A stretch of DNA of 64,000 nucleotides from Leptonemataceae bacterium (lineage in GTDB: Bacteria > Spirochaetota > Leptospiria > Leptospirales > Leptonemataceae): contig OZ245742.1 in the NCBI GenBank assembly GCA_965227295.1, positions 4,096,001 through 4,160,000 on the forward strand, read 5' to 3'. The translations under genes were made by a program, and so were the position numbers. The notes beneath the pieces are model-generated. The model saw only the letters and a program-made list of their open reading frames with translations. It was not told the DNA's origin and did no database searches. Shown here one piece after another: positions 49,272-58,790 of this stretch (positions are counted from its first letter, which is position 1; the number at the start of each line of letters is the position of its first letter).

Positions 49272-49478
49272 TTGCTGCTTCAAACGCACTGTTTGTTCAT
49301 CAACGCCGGCACACGTTCTCCGTCCACGTTTCTCTTCGCCGGCATCGGCGTGCTCATGCTCATCGCCGGGCTGCGCTTTGTGCTCCTGCGCATGCAGCGC
49401 CGCCCCGAGGACCGCCCGCCGGCCTGGCTGCGTTTCGCCGTCGGCGTATTCGCGGGCATCATCATCTTCGTGGCGTGA
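49272..49478 (+). CDS. Small hypothetical membrane protein (start uncertain)
   Basis: Two hydrophobic segments in the 49194..49478 frame, directly upstream of the NfeD gene. Confidence 0.35.
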   Translation: MLLQTHCLFINAGTRSPSTFLFAGIGVLMLIAGLRFVLLRMQRRPEDRPPAWLRFAVGVFAGIIIFVA

Positions 49479-49496
49479 GTCTTTCTTTCTATAGTA

Positions 49497-49895
49497 ATGC
49501 GCACGCTGATCGTCTACTCACTCTTGCAAATTCCCGGGATCTCCGTGGTCGGCCTGATTGCGTACGCGGGCTGGCACTTCGGCTGGATTTCACCGATCGT
49601 TGCCGGCGTGATTATCGGCGCCTGGCTCCTCAAGGACGTGGTAATGTATCCCTTCGTGGCCCCGGCCTACGCTTCCATGCTCGCTTCCTCCGCCGCGCCC
49701 TCGGGGCCGGCGGCTTTGATCGGCCTGGCCGGGGAAACGGTGCAACCGGTGTCGGCCGACACACCTGGCTTTGTGCGGGTACGCGGGGAGCTCTGGCAGG
49801 CCCGCGCGAAAGCAGGCGCGGAGATTGAGAAAGGAACGCATGTGACCGTGGAAGCTGCGGAGGGACGGGTGTTGATTGTAAGTTTCACTGAGTAA
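49497..49895 (+). CDS. NfeD-family protein
   Basis: N-terminal TM helices; C-terminal OB-fold LIG..G, G.VRVRGELWQAR, V.V...EG..L.V. Confidence 0.85.
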   Translation: MRTLIVYSLLQIPGISVVGLIAYAGWHFGWISPIVAGVIIGAWLLKDVVMYPFVAPAYASMLASSAAPSGPAALIGLAGETVQPVSADTPGFVRVRGELWQARAKAGAEIEKGTHVTVEAAEGRVLIVSFTE

Positions 49896-49900
49896 TCATT

Positions 49901-50017
49901 TGGGCGCATCGCCGCTCGGCGGCGACCGGGCTTTCCAGGGCTCCGCTGTCGCTGCGGTCCTCCGCGCTTCGCGCTCCGGACTTGCGGCTTCGCCGCAACC
50001 CTTCCAATCCCTTGCGC
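49901..50017. repeat. Multi-hairpin REP-like element between convergent genes
   Basis: Nested hairpins TCGCCGC..GCGGCGA, GCGCTTCGCGC and TTGCGGCTTCGCCGCAA; only one copy in the window. Confidence 0.5.
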
Positions 50018-50025
50018 GAAGAAAC

Positions 50026-51249
50026 TTACCGATAGTCTTCCGCCGCGTCCAGGTCCACCCGCCGCGGCTCATCTTTGTGAATCAAGAACGGACGCACCTG
50101 TTCGATCCACTCCGCCTCCGCCGCGCGCATCTTTTCGCGCACGTCCGCGAAATTCACGCCGCCCGCTCCGTTCAGGTACGCTAACATCGTCTCATCGCCG
50201 GCTAAGATCTCGATGGCCGGGCGGTCCGAGCGAAACTCGTACTCCTCCGTGCGCCAGGCGAAGTCGGCCGGTCGTTCCTCGCGACACCAGCGCAGCAGCT
50301 TCAACGTATGCGCCAGGGAATGATAGTCCGCGCCGTCACGCACATGAATCTGAAAGCCCGCGCAGACTTCACCGCCCCACTTGTGAAACGTGGGAATAAA
50401 CCGCAACGGTCGCAACGTCGCGCCGGCCTGCACCGGCGCCGTTCCCGGATCCAGTCCGTCCAGATACGGTGCGCCGAAGATTTCGAACGGGCGGGTGTTG
50501 CCGCGGCCCTCGCTCAAATTCGTGCCTTCGAGCAAACACTGCCCGGAGTACACGAGCGGCGTAACCGGCGACGGCATGTTCGGCGACGGCGGAATCTCGA
50601 ATGCCGGCGCGCGGTTGTACTCGAACGACGGTTCGTACACGATCTCCAGATCGAAACTACCGTTTACCTGAGCGCGAAAAAATCGGCACAGCTCGCCGAT
50701 CGTCAATCCGTGGCGATGAATCATCCCCGGCCGGCCGACGAACGACTGGAACGCCTCCGGAAGCACCGTGCCCTCCACGAGTCGCCCGGCGGGATTCGGA
50801 CGTTCGATGACGATCACGGGCAGATCGATGCCGTGCTGTGCTAATGTATCAAAAACGTAACTTACGGTCGTGGCGAACGTATAGTAGCGCGCGCCGACGT
50901 CCTGGACGTCGACGATCAATGCATCCAGATCGCTCAGCATTGCGGGCGTGGCCGCGAGGCTCTGTTCGTTGCTGCCGTAGAGCGAAACGAACTCCGCCCC
51001 GGGCGCGGCGTTCCGATAAAACTCCGGCACCGCCTCCGGCCCGAGGTCGAGGGCGATCTGATCCTGCAATTCGGCGAAGAGGCCGTGCTCCGGTAAAAAC
51101 AGGCGCCGCAGAACGCCGGCCTCCGCCAGGATCTCAAACAGATAGCGACCGCGCGCGTACGAGTACGCAGTCTGATTGCACAACAGGCCACAGTTTCGAA
51201 ACGCAAAGGTTCCGCTTGAAAACTTTTCCAGAAAAATCTCTATGCTCAT
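50026..51249 (-). CDS. Exo-beta-N-acetylmuramidase NamZ family (DUF1343)
   Basis: GLLCNQT, PEHG, SLYG, DVQDVGARYYT, RPNP, HGLTIGEL, PSPNMP, EGTNLSEGRG.T.PFE..GAP. Confidence 0.92.
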   Translation of the reverse strand: MSIEIFLEKFSSGTFAFRNCGLLCNQTAYSYARGRYLFEILAEAGVLRRLFLPEHGLFAELQDQIALDLGPEAVPEFYRNAAPGAEFVSLYGSNEQSLAATPAMLSDLDALIVDVQDVGARYYTFATTVSYVFDTLAQHGIDLPVIVIERPNPAGRLVEGTVLPEAFQSFVGRPGMIHRHGLTIGELCRFFRAQVNGSFDLEIVYEPSFEYNRAPAFEIPPSPNMPSPVTPLVYSGQCLLEGTNLSEGRGNTRPFEIFGAPYLDGLDPGTAPVQAGATLRPLRFIPTFHKWGGEVCAGFQIHVRDGADYHSLAHTLKLLRWCREERPADFAWRTEEYEFRSDRPAIEILAGDETMLAYLNGAGGVNFADVREKMRAAEAEWIEQVRPFLIHKDEPRRVDLDAAEDYR

Positions 51250-51373
51250 GTTCGTCTCCTGACAGAATGACAGAGACACGTCGAATCGTCAGCCCTCTTT
51301 CAGTCGCTGGTCGTTTCCCCGGGTTTCGGCTACATTGAGTCGGGGCGCGAATCTTGCGTCTTCAGTAACGCCC

Positions 51374-52345
51374 ATGGGTCTCTTTCGCAACATACCACCC
51401 GTAACAAAGGCGATCCTCTACGCAAACATCGCCGCGTTCGTTTTGATCAACCTCATGCTGGCCGGCACCCCGGCTTCGCTGCAATCCATGTTCGAGGTCT
51501 TCGGCCTGGTGCCCGCCCTCTTCTGGAAGCAGGGTTACTTCTGGCAGCCGCTGACTTCCATGTTCATGCACGGTTCGTTCATTCACATCCTGGCGAACAT
51601 GATCGGCGTGTGGTCCATCGGCACCTTCCTCGAACGCAGCCTGGGCTCGGCGAAGTACGGCTGGTTGTATTTTATCAGCGGACTCACCGGCGCGCTCTTC
51701 GTCATCGGCGGGCAGTTCCTGGACGGAAGCTGGGCCGACGGCCGGCCGACGGTGGGTGCCTCGGGTGCGCTGCTCGGACTTCTGGGAGCGATTGCCGTGC
51801 TCACACCGAACTCGCGATTGTTGATCTTCATCTTTCCGGTGAAGGCACGCACCGCGGCCATCGGCATCGGTCTCATCTCGTTGTTTTTTTCGATTTACGA
51901 TACCGGCGGTATCATCTCGCACCTGGGTCACCTCGGCGGCCTGGTCGGCGGACTCATTTATACCTGGCTGGCCCTCGCCCCGGAACTCAAGCACGGTCGC
52001 ATGCACGATCGCATGGCGAGCGGCGGCGGATTCTTCGGGGGCGCGGGCGGGCCCTTCGGCGGCGAACCGAATTCCGGCGGACCGTTCGGCGGCGGCGGAC
52101 GTACTACCGCCCGCGACGAACAGGTGGCACGGTTAATGGAAGAGATGATGCGTCGCATGCAGGGCGGCAGCCCCGGACGTTCGCCGTACAGCAGCGGCGG
52201 ACGCGGCGAAAAAGTCATTAACCCACGCCCTGATGATGTTAGCGGCGAGCGTACGTACGATGAACCGCCGCGACCGAGCGGCGGCGGTCGTAAGATCGTG
52301 TACTACGATCCCGTGAGCGGCCGGTTCTACGTGAAAGAAGTTTGA
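51374..52345 (+). CDS. Rhomboid intramembrane serine protease with Gly-rich cytoplasmic tail
   Basis: WQPLTSMFMH, HILANM, GASG, SHLGHLGG. Confidence 0.93.
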   Translation: MGLFRNIPPVTKAILYANIAAFVLINLMLAGTPASLQSMFEVFGLVPALFWKQGYFWQPLTSMFMHGSFIHILANMIGVWSIGTFLERSLGSAKYGWLYFISGLTGALFVIGGQFLDGSWADGRPTVGASGALLGLLGAIAVLTPNSRLLIFIFPVKARTAAIGIGLISLFFSIYDTGGIISHLGHLGGLVGGLIYTWLALAPELKHGRMHDRMASGGGFFGGAGGPFGGEPNSGGPFGGGGRTTARDEQVARLMEEMMRRMQGGSPGRSPYSSGGRGEKVINPRPDDVSGERTYDEPPRPSGGGRKIVYYDPVSGRFYVKEV

Positions 52346-52348
52346 TCC

Positions 52349-52382
52349 AAAAAACACCGCGCCCGATCGCACCCGGGCGCGG
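52349..52382 (-). terminator. Intrinsic terminator hairpin between convergent genes
   Basis: CCGCGCCCG...CGGGCGCGG stem with an A-run on its left (U-tract on the minus strand). Confidence 0.6.
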
Positions 52383-52438
52383 CAGCAAGTGGAAACACCG
52401 GCGCACAGTTGCCGGGAACCTGTTCGATCGAAAGTACC

Positions 52439-52648
52439 TCAGCCCCGGTCTTCCCAGGAGAGCGTGAGTTCACGATAACGCCTGCACGCCAGCATCATGG
52501 CACCGGCGAGATCGAAGAACGCCTCCGGGCTGATCTGCACGGTCACACCGCCGGTCGTAACGTAGACGGCCCCGCCGCGGTACTCAATGCGGCACTGATC
52601 TCCCACGGCCAGGGCGGCCCGTGCTCCTGAATTTTCCTGATACGCCAT
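52439..52648 (-). CDS. Small hypothetical protein (69 aa), paralog-like to 52648..52881
   Basis: TGATG stop/start coupling with the upstream gene; similar beta-beta-helix pattern. Confidence 0.6.
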   Translation of the reverse strand: MAYQENSGARAALAVGDQCRIEYRGGAVYVTTGGVTVQISPEAFFDLAGAMMLACRRYRELTLSWEDRG

Positions 52649-52881
52649 CAGTTCCCCCTGTGACTCACGTGGCCGAGATAGGGCTCGCCGGCGAACCCCA
52701 CGGCCGCCGCGAAATGGACGAACTCGTCGGGATTCATCTGAAAGTATGCGTTGCGCACGCGGACATGCAGGGTTCCGCAGCTACAGCGGTCCACGCGGCA
52801 AATGTCGGTGCTGATGATGTTCTGAATGCGATGATCGGGCCCGTTCGGGGCCGATTCAAAGAACTCCGGCAGTGCATTCAT
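52648..52881 (-). CDS. Small hypothetical protein (77 aa) with C..CSCG.LH motif
   Basis: GGAGG RBS; Fur-like boxes directly upstream. Confidence 0.65.
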   Translation of the reverse strand: MNALPEFFESAPNGPDHRIQNIISTDICRVDRCSCGTLHVRVRNAYFQMNPDEFVHFAAAVGFAGEPYLGHVSHRGN

Positions 52882-52889
52882 GCGCGCCT

Positions 52890-52962
52890 CCGTAATTGAG
52901 AATTTATCTCATTACGGCCGGGACGCGAGAATTGTCCAGATCTTTTTGAGATTTATTCTCAA
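52890..52962. promoter_or_regulatory. Two Fur/PerR-like boxes
   Basis: TTGAGAATTTATCTCAT (52896-52912, within a longer palindrome next to the RBS) and TTGAGATTTATTCTCAA (52946-52962). Confidence 0.7.
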
Positions 52963-52982
52963 TAACAAGAGAGGATATGGCC

Positions 52983-53105
52983 ACTCCGAGGACCGAGGTA
53001 CCGAGAAAAAAAATCCTGAGAGCCATCATAACCCGATCGCTTTCCCACAAAGAACATGCTCCAATTCTTCCTCTCGGTCCCTCGGTCCCTCGGTCCTCGG
53101 AGTCA
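52983..53105. repeat. REPIN-like inverted pair of the CCTCGGTCCTCGGAGT repeat
   Basis: ACTCCGAGGACCGAGG (52983-52998) and CCTCGGTCCTCGGAGT (53088-53103), with tandem CTCGGTCC iterations. Confidence 0.75.
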
Positions 53106-53113
53106 CATCTTCT

Positions 53114-54007
53114 TCACCGCCGGGCGCTGAAGAAGATCCGCACGGGCGCCGGGTAGCCCTCGACCGTCTTCGACGGATCCTCCGGATCCAGGTTGTCATT
53201 GAGGCCCGGCAGCACGTCCGTCGCCACCTGCTCGTCCGCGTAGCCGAACTCGCCGTGACACACGACGTCCGCGAAACCGGCGGCCTCGATCCACTCGCCT
53301 AACTTGCGCGCGTTGGGTATTACGCGATGCCCCCGCGCCCCGGCATAACGGCCCTTCTCCGGACGAATCTCCGCCGCTTCCGCACTGTAACTTTCCGGCA
53401 GACCCAGGCTCTCCACGACGAGCTGCCCGCCCGGTCGCAGTGCATTGTATAAGATCTTTAAGATTTCCAGCGGCTCTTCGTGATGATACAAAATGCCCAT
53501 GCACAGGATCACGTCAAAGGCGGCGTGAAACTCTTCGCCCGCGAGCAGATCGTAGCCCGCTTCCCGAAACTCGACGCCGTCGGCCCAGGGGGCGTTGGGG
53601 CCGGCGGTTACAAAGGTATTCAAGAATTCAAAGCACTGCCGAAACGGCGTGGTGGGATCGAGACCGAGCAGCGACGCCGGTTGCTGGTGCATCATGCGAA
53701 ACAGATAATAGCCGTTCCCCGTGCCGACATCGCAGACGTCTTTGTCGCGCAGCGGATCGAGGATGCCCAGGACGCGCTGCCACTTGATGTGGGACTTCCA
53801 GTTGGCGTCGATGTCGTGTCCGAAGATACGCCACGGTCCTTTGCGCCACGGTCCCAGGGCGTCGAGATATTCGCGGAGTTCCTCGTGTTCGTTTTCGTTC
53901 AGCTCGTCGTCCGCACCGATGATCACGCGATCGCGGGCGAAGTCGATGAAGTGGGTGCCGTGGGACTGAGCGAAGGCCAGGGCCTGTTCGAATTGTGTGT
54001 CATCCAT
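53114..54007 (-). CDS. cmoB: tRNA U34 carboxymethyltransferase
   Basis: PWRKGP, IDA.W.S..KW, DVG.GNGYY, G.DP, MGILYH, TVEGYPAP.R. Confidence 0.92.
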   Translation of the reverse strand: MDDTQFEQALAFAQSHGTHFIDFARDRVIIGADDELNENEHEELREYLDALGPWRKGPWRIFGHDIDANWKSHIKWQRVLGILDPLRDKDVCDVGTGNGYYLFRMMHQQPASLLGLDPTTPFRQCFEFLNTFVTAGPNAPWADGVEFREAGYDLLAGEEFHAAFDVILCMGILYHHEEPLEILKILYNALRPGGQLVVESLGLPESYSAEAAEIRPEKGRYAGARGHRVIPNARKLGEWIEAAGFADVVCHGEFGYADEQVATDVLPGLNDNLDPEDPSKTVEGYPAPVRIFFSARR

Positions 54008-54048
54008 AATTGTAATGCGCGAATCGGGCGCCGGAAGTAGATGGGACC

Positions 54049-54804
54049 ATGAGCGAGTACATCATCTGGCGGGCGATCAAGTTTCTGGGGCTCGTGCTTT
54101 TATCCGGCGGCGTATTCGCTGCGACCCTGAGTACCGCCGCGCCGAACCGCATGCGCGGACTCGTGCTCACGAGCCTGGGCCTGGTACTCACCTGGGCCGC
54201 GGGTTACATGATGATGCACAGTACCGGCATGCGGATCACGGAACCCTGGATCCTGGCGGCTGTCGGCATGAGTCTCGTTTCGTTGTTCTCTACGGCGGAT
54301 CTGGCTCATGCGGCCACGAAGCGATGGCGACGTCTGCGGGCCGGCGTTGCCGCGGGTGGTATCTTCGCGGCCGTGCTGGTGATGATCTTTCACAGCGCCG
54401 AGCCCTGGGTTTCGGCCTTGCTGATCGGCATCTCGCTCGCTCTGGCCGTGCCGCTGATGTTTGCCTTTCTGGATGATCGTGCCGACATCACGGCGCCGGA
54501 AGCACGGAGCACCTGGGATTGGTTTAAGTGGATCGCCCGCGCGGAAGGCGTGACGCTGATCTTGCTGGTGCTGGTGAATCTGCCGCTCAAGCGTTTTGCC
54601 GGTCTCTCCCTCGACGGCGGTACCGGTCTGCTCGGATGGGTGCATGGTACGTTGTTCTTTCTATATATACAGGGGCTCTGGAACAGCGGCAACGCATTGC
54701 AGTGGTCGTGGCTGCAACGTGCGGTTGGATTTGCACTGTCGTTGATTCCGTTCGGTACGTTTGTTTTCGAGTATCTGCGACGCAAGGACGTGGACGCGCG
54801 CTGA
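54049..54804 (+). CDS. Integral membrane protein (DUF2269-like N-terminal half, DUF3817-like C-terminal half)
   Basis: Multiple TM segments; C-terminal IARAEG.T...L, GWVHG.LF..Y, SLIPFGTF.FE. Confidence 0.7.
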   Translation: MSEYIIWRAIKFLGLVLLSGGVFAATLSTAAPNRMRGLVLTSLGLVLTWAAGYMMMHSTGMRITEPWILAAVGMSLVSLFSTADLAHAATKRWRRLRAGVAAGGIFAAVLVMIFHSAEPWVSALLIGISLALAVPLMFAFLDDRADITAPEARSTWDWFKWIARAEGVTLILLVLVNLPLKRFAGLSLDGGTGLLGWVHGTLFFLYIQGLWNSGNALQWSWLQRAVGFALSLIPFGTFVFEYLRRKDVDAR

Positions 54805-55159
54805 ATATTTCATAGTTCGTACGTCGATACTACGTCGATTGCCGACGCAAGCGCTTTTATTTCAGCCATGTACCGCGAGACAAGCGGACGCCGATTGTAC
54901 TTCCACGCGCGGCGTAAACTTACGGGCAAAGAGGATTAATCAGAGGAACACCGGGTCCTGGATCGTGCGGTTGACCAAAAGAGTCCCGGGATACTCTTTC
55001 GTTTCAGACGATGCCGATCGAAAAGGGACAGATCTCCCCAGTTTACATCGTAGCACAAGGGTGTGACATTTTCGGTGGACAGCCGGCGCTTTGTCTGATA
55101 TAAACCCCGGCACCGGATCGGCCGCGCCGCCTGCCCGGATTCCTTCTTTACTCCCTCCG

Positions 55160-55350
55160 CCAAAAAAGATCCACCCACAGGGGGTGGGCAAGGTGTGTCT
55201 TCGCGCAAGGGCTCACTATGTCGCGCGTCAGCACGAGTCACCGCGAAACGGGTGCAGCTCTCGGCCCTCCTGGCCTTCGCTGCATAAAGCCCTCCGTGGC
55301 TAAAACCGAAGCCGACGGCACGGGGCTGACCAATAAGTGGCCTGTCAGAA
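55160..55350 (-). ncRNA. Candidate structured non-coding RNA (unassigned)
   Basis: Four to five consecutive hairpins ending in a stem plus U6 on the minus strand, in an intergenic region with no credible CDS. Confidence 0.3.
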
Positions 55351-55371
55351 AAGATAGGGCATACATTTTAG

Positions 55372-55496
55372 TGGGGGGAGCTCCGCTCCCCCTGGCTCCG
55401 ACCCGCGTCGCTACGCGAACGCCCGGGCCTCGCCTTCGGCGACCGGCTCACCCTCCGGGCAAGCCTGGCCCGGGCTCGCGGTTCTCCGCCACCCCC
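55372..55496 (-). repeat. Palindromic dispersed repeat of about 125 bp, copy 2
   Basis: Diverged reverse complement of 43175-43304. Confidence 0.85.
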
Positions 55497-55716
55497 TCGG
55501 TGTGCAGCATCCGTTCGCGACTCATTCTCTTAACATTATGGGCAAGATAGAACAACCCGGCGTGCATTCTGCAATCCGGAGGCGCGCAGTACTCACGGCT
55601 GTGCTCCACAAACCCCGTGTGCGATGCCCTCGTTATTACCGGGCCGCATGATGCCGTCTTGCATGCGCATCGAGCACAAACAGACTACGACCACCCTCCC
55701 CATCTTCCCCTCGATA

Positions 55717-55734
55717 CCTCGGTCCTCGGAGTCA
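55717..55734. repeat. Single CCTCGGTCCTCGGAGTCA repeat after the clpB stop
   Basis: Identical 18-mer at 38947-38964 and 53088-53105. Confidence 0.75.
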
Positions 55735-55739
55735 TCTTC

Positions 55740-58325
55740 TCAGCCCTTCAACTTCAGCTTCTCCCCATCCAGCACCGGCGTGTACTCCGTCTCCGGATCG
55801 AACTCGCCTTTCAGGATGACCCGACTCAGCAGATTGCCGACGGCCTGCTGAATCAAACGTTTCAGCGGCCGCGCACCGAATTGCGGATCGTAGCCGCGTT
55901 CGGCGAGCCAGCTCAAAATCTTTTTGTCCGGCATCTTCACGTGCAGCCCGCTTTCCGCGGCGCGGTCGATCAGCAACTGCACGTGATGCGTTACGATCTT
56001 CTGCAACGATTCCAGGCTGATCGGGTTAAAGAAGATGATGTCGTCCAGGCGGTTCAGGAACTCCGGCTTGAACGCGCGGTGCAGTTCCTCCCGGACGCGG
56101 CCCTCTTTCTCCTCGCCGGAAAGCTCGTCGTTCATGAGATGCATGGAACCGATGTTCGACGTCATGATGATGATCGTATTCTTGAAGTCCACTAATCGCC
56201 CTTTGGCATCGGTTAAGCGACCGTCGTCGAAAATTTGCAGAAAGATGTTGAATACCTCCGGGTGCGCCTTCTCGATCTCGTCGAAGAGGATCACCTGGTA
56301 CGGCCGGCGGCGGACGGCTTCCGTCAACTGACCGCCCTCCTCGTAACCGACGTACCCCGGCGGCGCACCGATCAGTCGCGCCACGGCGTGTTTCTCCATG
56401 TACTCGGACATGTCGATGCGCACCATGGCCTGCTCATCATCAAATAGAAACTGCGAGAGCGCGCGCGCCGTTTCGGTCTTGCCGACGCCGGTGGGCCCCA
56501 GGAACAAAAAGACACCCACGGGACGGTTCGGATCGGAGAGCCCCGAGCGCGAGCGCTGGATGGCCTCGGTCACTGAAGCGAGCGCATCGTCCTGGCCCAC
56601 GACGCGGTCCTTGAGGGTATCGAGCATGCCGAGCAGACGTTCGCGCTCGCCCTGCATCATCTTCGATACGGGGATGCCCGTCCAGCGCGAGACGATCGCC
56701 GCGATGTCTTCATAAGTGACTTCTTCTTTTAAGTACTGGGACTCGCGCTCCTGGATCTTCGCTTCGAGCTGCTCCATTTCCTTCTCGCGTTGCACGATTT
56801 TGCCGTAGCGCAGCTCCGCAACCTTGTTCAGATCGCCCAGGCGCTCGAACTCTTTTTCCTGAACGCGCAGTTGATCGATCTCCTCGCGCAACTGCTTCAC
56901 GCGTTCCACCTCGGAACGTTCGGCCTCCCAGATGCCTTTCTTTTGCGCGAAGTCTTCTTCGAGGTCGGCCAGGGTCTGCTCGACGGTGGCCAGGCGTTCT
57001 TTCGAAGCCTTGTCCTTTTCCATCTTAAGAGCTTCTCGCTGTACCTTAAGCTGTTGGATGTCCTTCTGGACCCGGTCCAGTTCTTCGGGCAGGGAATCCA
57101 GTTCAATGCGCATCTTCGAACACGCCTCGTCGATCAGGTCCACCGCCTTGTCCGGAAGAAAACGATCCGTAATGTAACGGTCCGAGAGTTTCGCCGCGCC
57201 CATGACGGCGCCGTCGGTGATCTTGATGCCGTGATGCAACTCATAACGATCCTTAAGGCCGCGCAGGATCATGATCGTCTCGTCGACTCCCGGTTCGTTG
57301 ACGTAGACCGGTTGAAAACGGCGTTCGAGCGCCTGATCTTTTTCGATGTACTTCTGGTACTCTTTCAACGTGGTCGCGCCGATGCAGCGCAACTCGCCGC
57401 GGGCGAGTGCGGGTTTGATCATGTTCGAGGCGTCGAGACTGCCTTCGCTGGCACCGGCGCCCACGAGCGTATGCAGCTCGTCGACAAACAACACGATGCG
57501 TCCGTCGGACTTCTGCACTTCCGTGAGCACGGCCTTGAACCGATCCTCGAACTCGCCGCGGTACTTCGCCCCGGCGACCATGGCGCCCAGGTCGAGGGCG
57601 TAGATTTCTTTATCCAGCAATCCTTCCGGGACCTCGCCCGCCACGATCTTACCCGCCAGACCCTCGACGATGGCGGTCTTACCGACGCCGGGCTCACCGA
57701 TCAGCATGGGGTTGTTCTTCGTGCGCCGGCTTAAGACCTGCATGATTCTGCGAATCTCTTCGTCACGGCCGATCACCGGATCGAGTTTGCCCTTGCGGGC
57801 CGCGCCGTTTAAATGGATGGCGTACTTGCCGAGGGCGTCCATGGCATCCTCGGGGTTGTCGCTGTTGATGGGTTGTCCGCTGCGTAAATCGTTCACCACT
57901 TCCTCCACGGCCTGGGCGGTCAGCCCCAGACGTTCCAGTTCCGAACTCAAGCGCGCGGTGCGATCCTGCAGATACGCGAGCAGCATGTGTTCGGTGGAGA
58001 GATACTGATCTCCCCGCTTGCGCATGAGATTCTCGGCCTGGGTTAAAAGACGCCCCAGGCTCTGCGAAGCCCGCACCTCGGTGGCCGTGCCGCCGCCGCT
58101 CTGCACGCGCGGCAGAGACTGCACCGCCCCTTCGAAAAGCGGAAGCACCGAAGCGGATGTAATATCGAGACGATCAAGAACCATCGGTCCAATGCCGTCG
58201 TCCTGCCGAAAGATTTCCAACAGCAGATGCTCGGAGGTCAACTCCGGGTTACCGTTTTCCTGGGCCTGGAACTGCGCCTGGTTCAGCGCTTCGCCCGCCT
58301 TATGAGTAATTCGATCTAAAGACAT
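55740..58325 (-). CDS. clpB: ATP-dependent disaggregase ClpB
   Basis: Two AAA+ modules ([16 protein letters not shown]), long coiled-coil M domain, [18 protein letters not shown]; no ClpP-binding IGF loop seen. Confidence 0.97.
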   Translation of the reverse strand: MSLDRITHKAGEALNQAQFQAQENGNPELTSEHLLLEIFRQDDGIGPMVLDRLDITSASVLPLFEGAVQSLPRVQSGGGTATEVRASQSLGRLLTQAENLMRKRGDQYLSTEHMLLAYLQDRTARLSSELERLGLTAQAVEEVVNDLRSGQPINSDNPEDAMDALGKYAIHLNGAARKGKLDPVIGRDEEIRRIMQVLSRRTKNNPMLIGEPGVGKTAIVEGLAGKIVAGEVPEGLLDKEIYALDLGAMVAGAKYRGEFEDRFKAVLTEVQKSDGRIVLFVDELHTLVGAGASEGSLDASNMIKPALARGELRCIGATTLKEYQKYIEKDQALERRFQPVYVNEPGVDETIMILRGLKDRYELHHGIKITDGAVMGAAKLSDRYITDRFLPDKAVDLIDEACSKMRIELDSLPEELDRVQKDIQQLKVQREALKMEKDKASKERLATVEQTLADLEEDFAQKKGIWEAERSEVERVKQLREEIDQLRVQEKEFERLGDLNKVAELRYGKIVQREKEMEQLEAKIQERESQYLKEEVTYEDIAAIVSRWTGIPVSKMMQGERERLLGMLDTLKDRVVGQDDALASVTEAIQRSRSGLSDPNRPVGVFLFLGPTGVGKTETARALSQFLFDDEQAMVRIDMSEYMEKHAVARLIGAPPGYVGYEEGGQLTEAVRRRPYQVILFDEIEKAHPEVFNIFLQIFDDGRLTDAKGRLVDFKNTIIIMTSNIGSMHLMNDELSGEEKEGRVREELHRAFKPEFLNRLDDIIFFNPISLESLQKIVTHHVQLLIDRAAESGLHVKMPDKKILSWLAERGYDPQFGARPLKRLIQQAVGNLLSRVILKGEFDPETEYTPVLDGEKLKLKG

Positions 58326-58354
58326 ACTATGATCCTCCCAACCCGCACAGCTTA

Positions 58355-58371
58355 TTGAGAACTAATCTCAA
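58355..58371. promoter_or_regulatory. Fur/PerR-like box upstream of clpB
   Basis: TTGAGAACTAATCTCAA, the same palindrome as at 52896 and 52946. Confidence 0.6.
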
Positions 58372-58790
58372 ATTTGCGCACCATTGATGCTTGTACCATT
58401 TCCCGGCCGAGTGTGTATGATTCATTTTCTCTATAATAATTCATCTCAGTGTGTTCGTTGCAAAGCTCAGACCAGCCCGTTGTGCGGCCTGCGCCTTCGA
58501 CAGCGTCAGATATTTCCGACGTGCATGTCACGATGACAGCAGGCCTGTAACAACGTCCGTCGCCGCGTTGATGAAGCTTATACTGTTAAAATCGGCGGAT
58601 TTTTGCGAGCGCCGCTCTGCTTCCGCGAATGGAATGGGCGCAAACGACATTTTTTAGTAAAAAGCGGCCCTCATATCGCAAAATCATTGCGCAAATATGG
58701 TTCGGCAAACACACAGTCTTCGATGTATAGCGACGTTGCAACGCTTCGTCGATTGTTCAGCTGGAATAGAAACCCGGATTCCTGATTATT

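Noticed and set aside
52983..53105. CTCGGTCC iterations as a CRISPR array
   Set aside because: The units are 8 bp without unique spacers, and there is no cas operon.
54761..55550. ORFs of 70-110 aa in the interval before clpB
   Set aside because: They lack RBS or motif support and overlap hairpins and the dispersed repeat.
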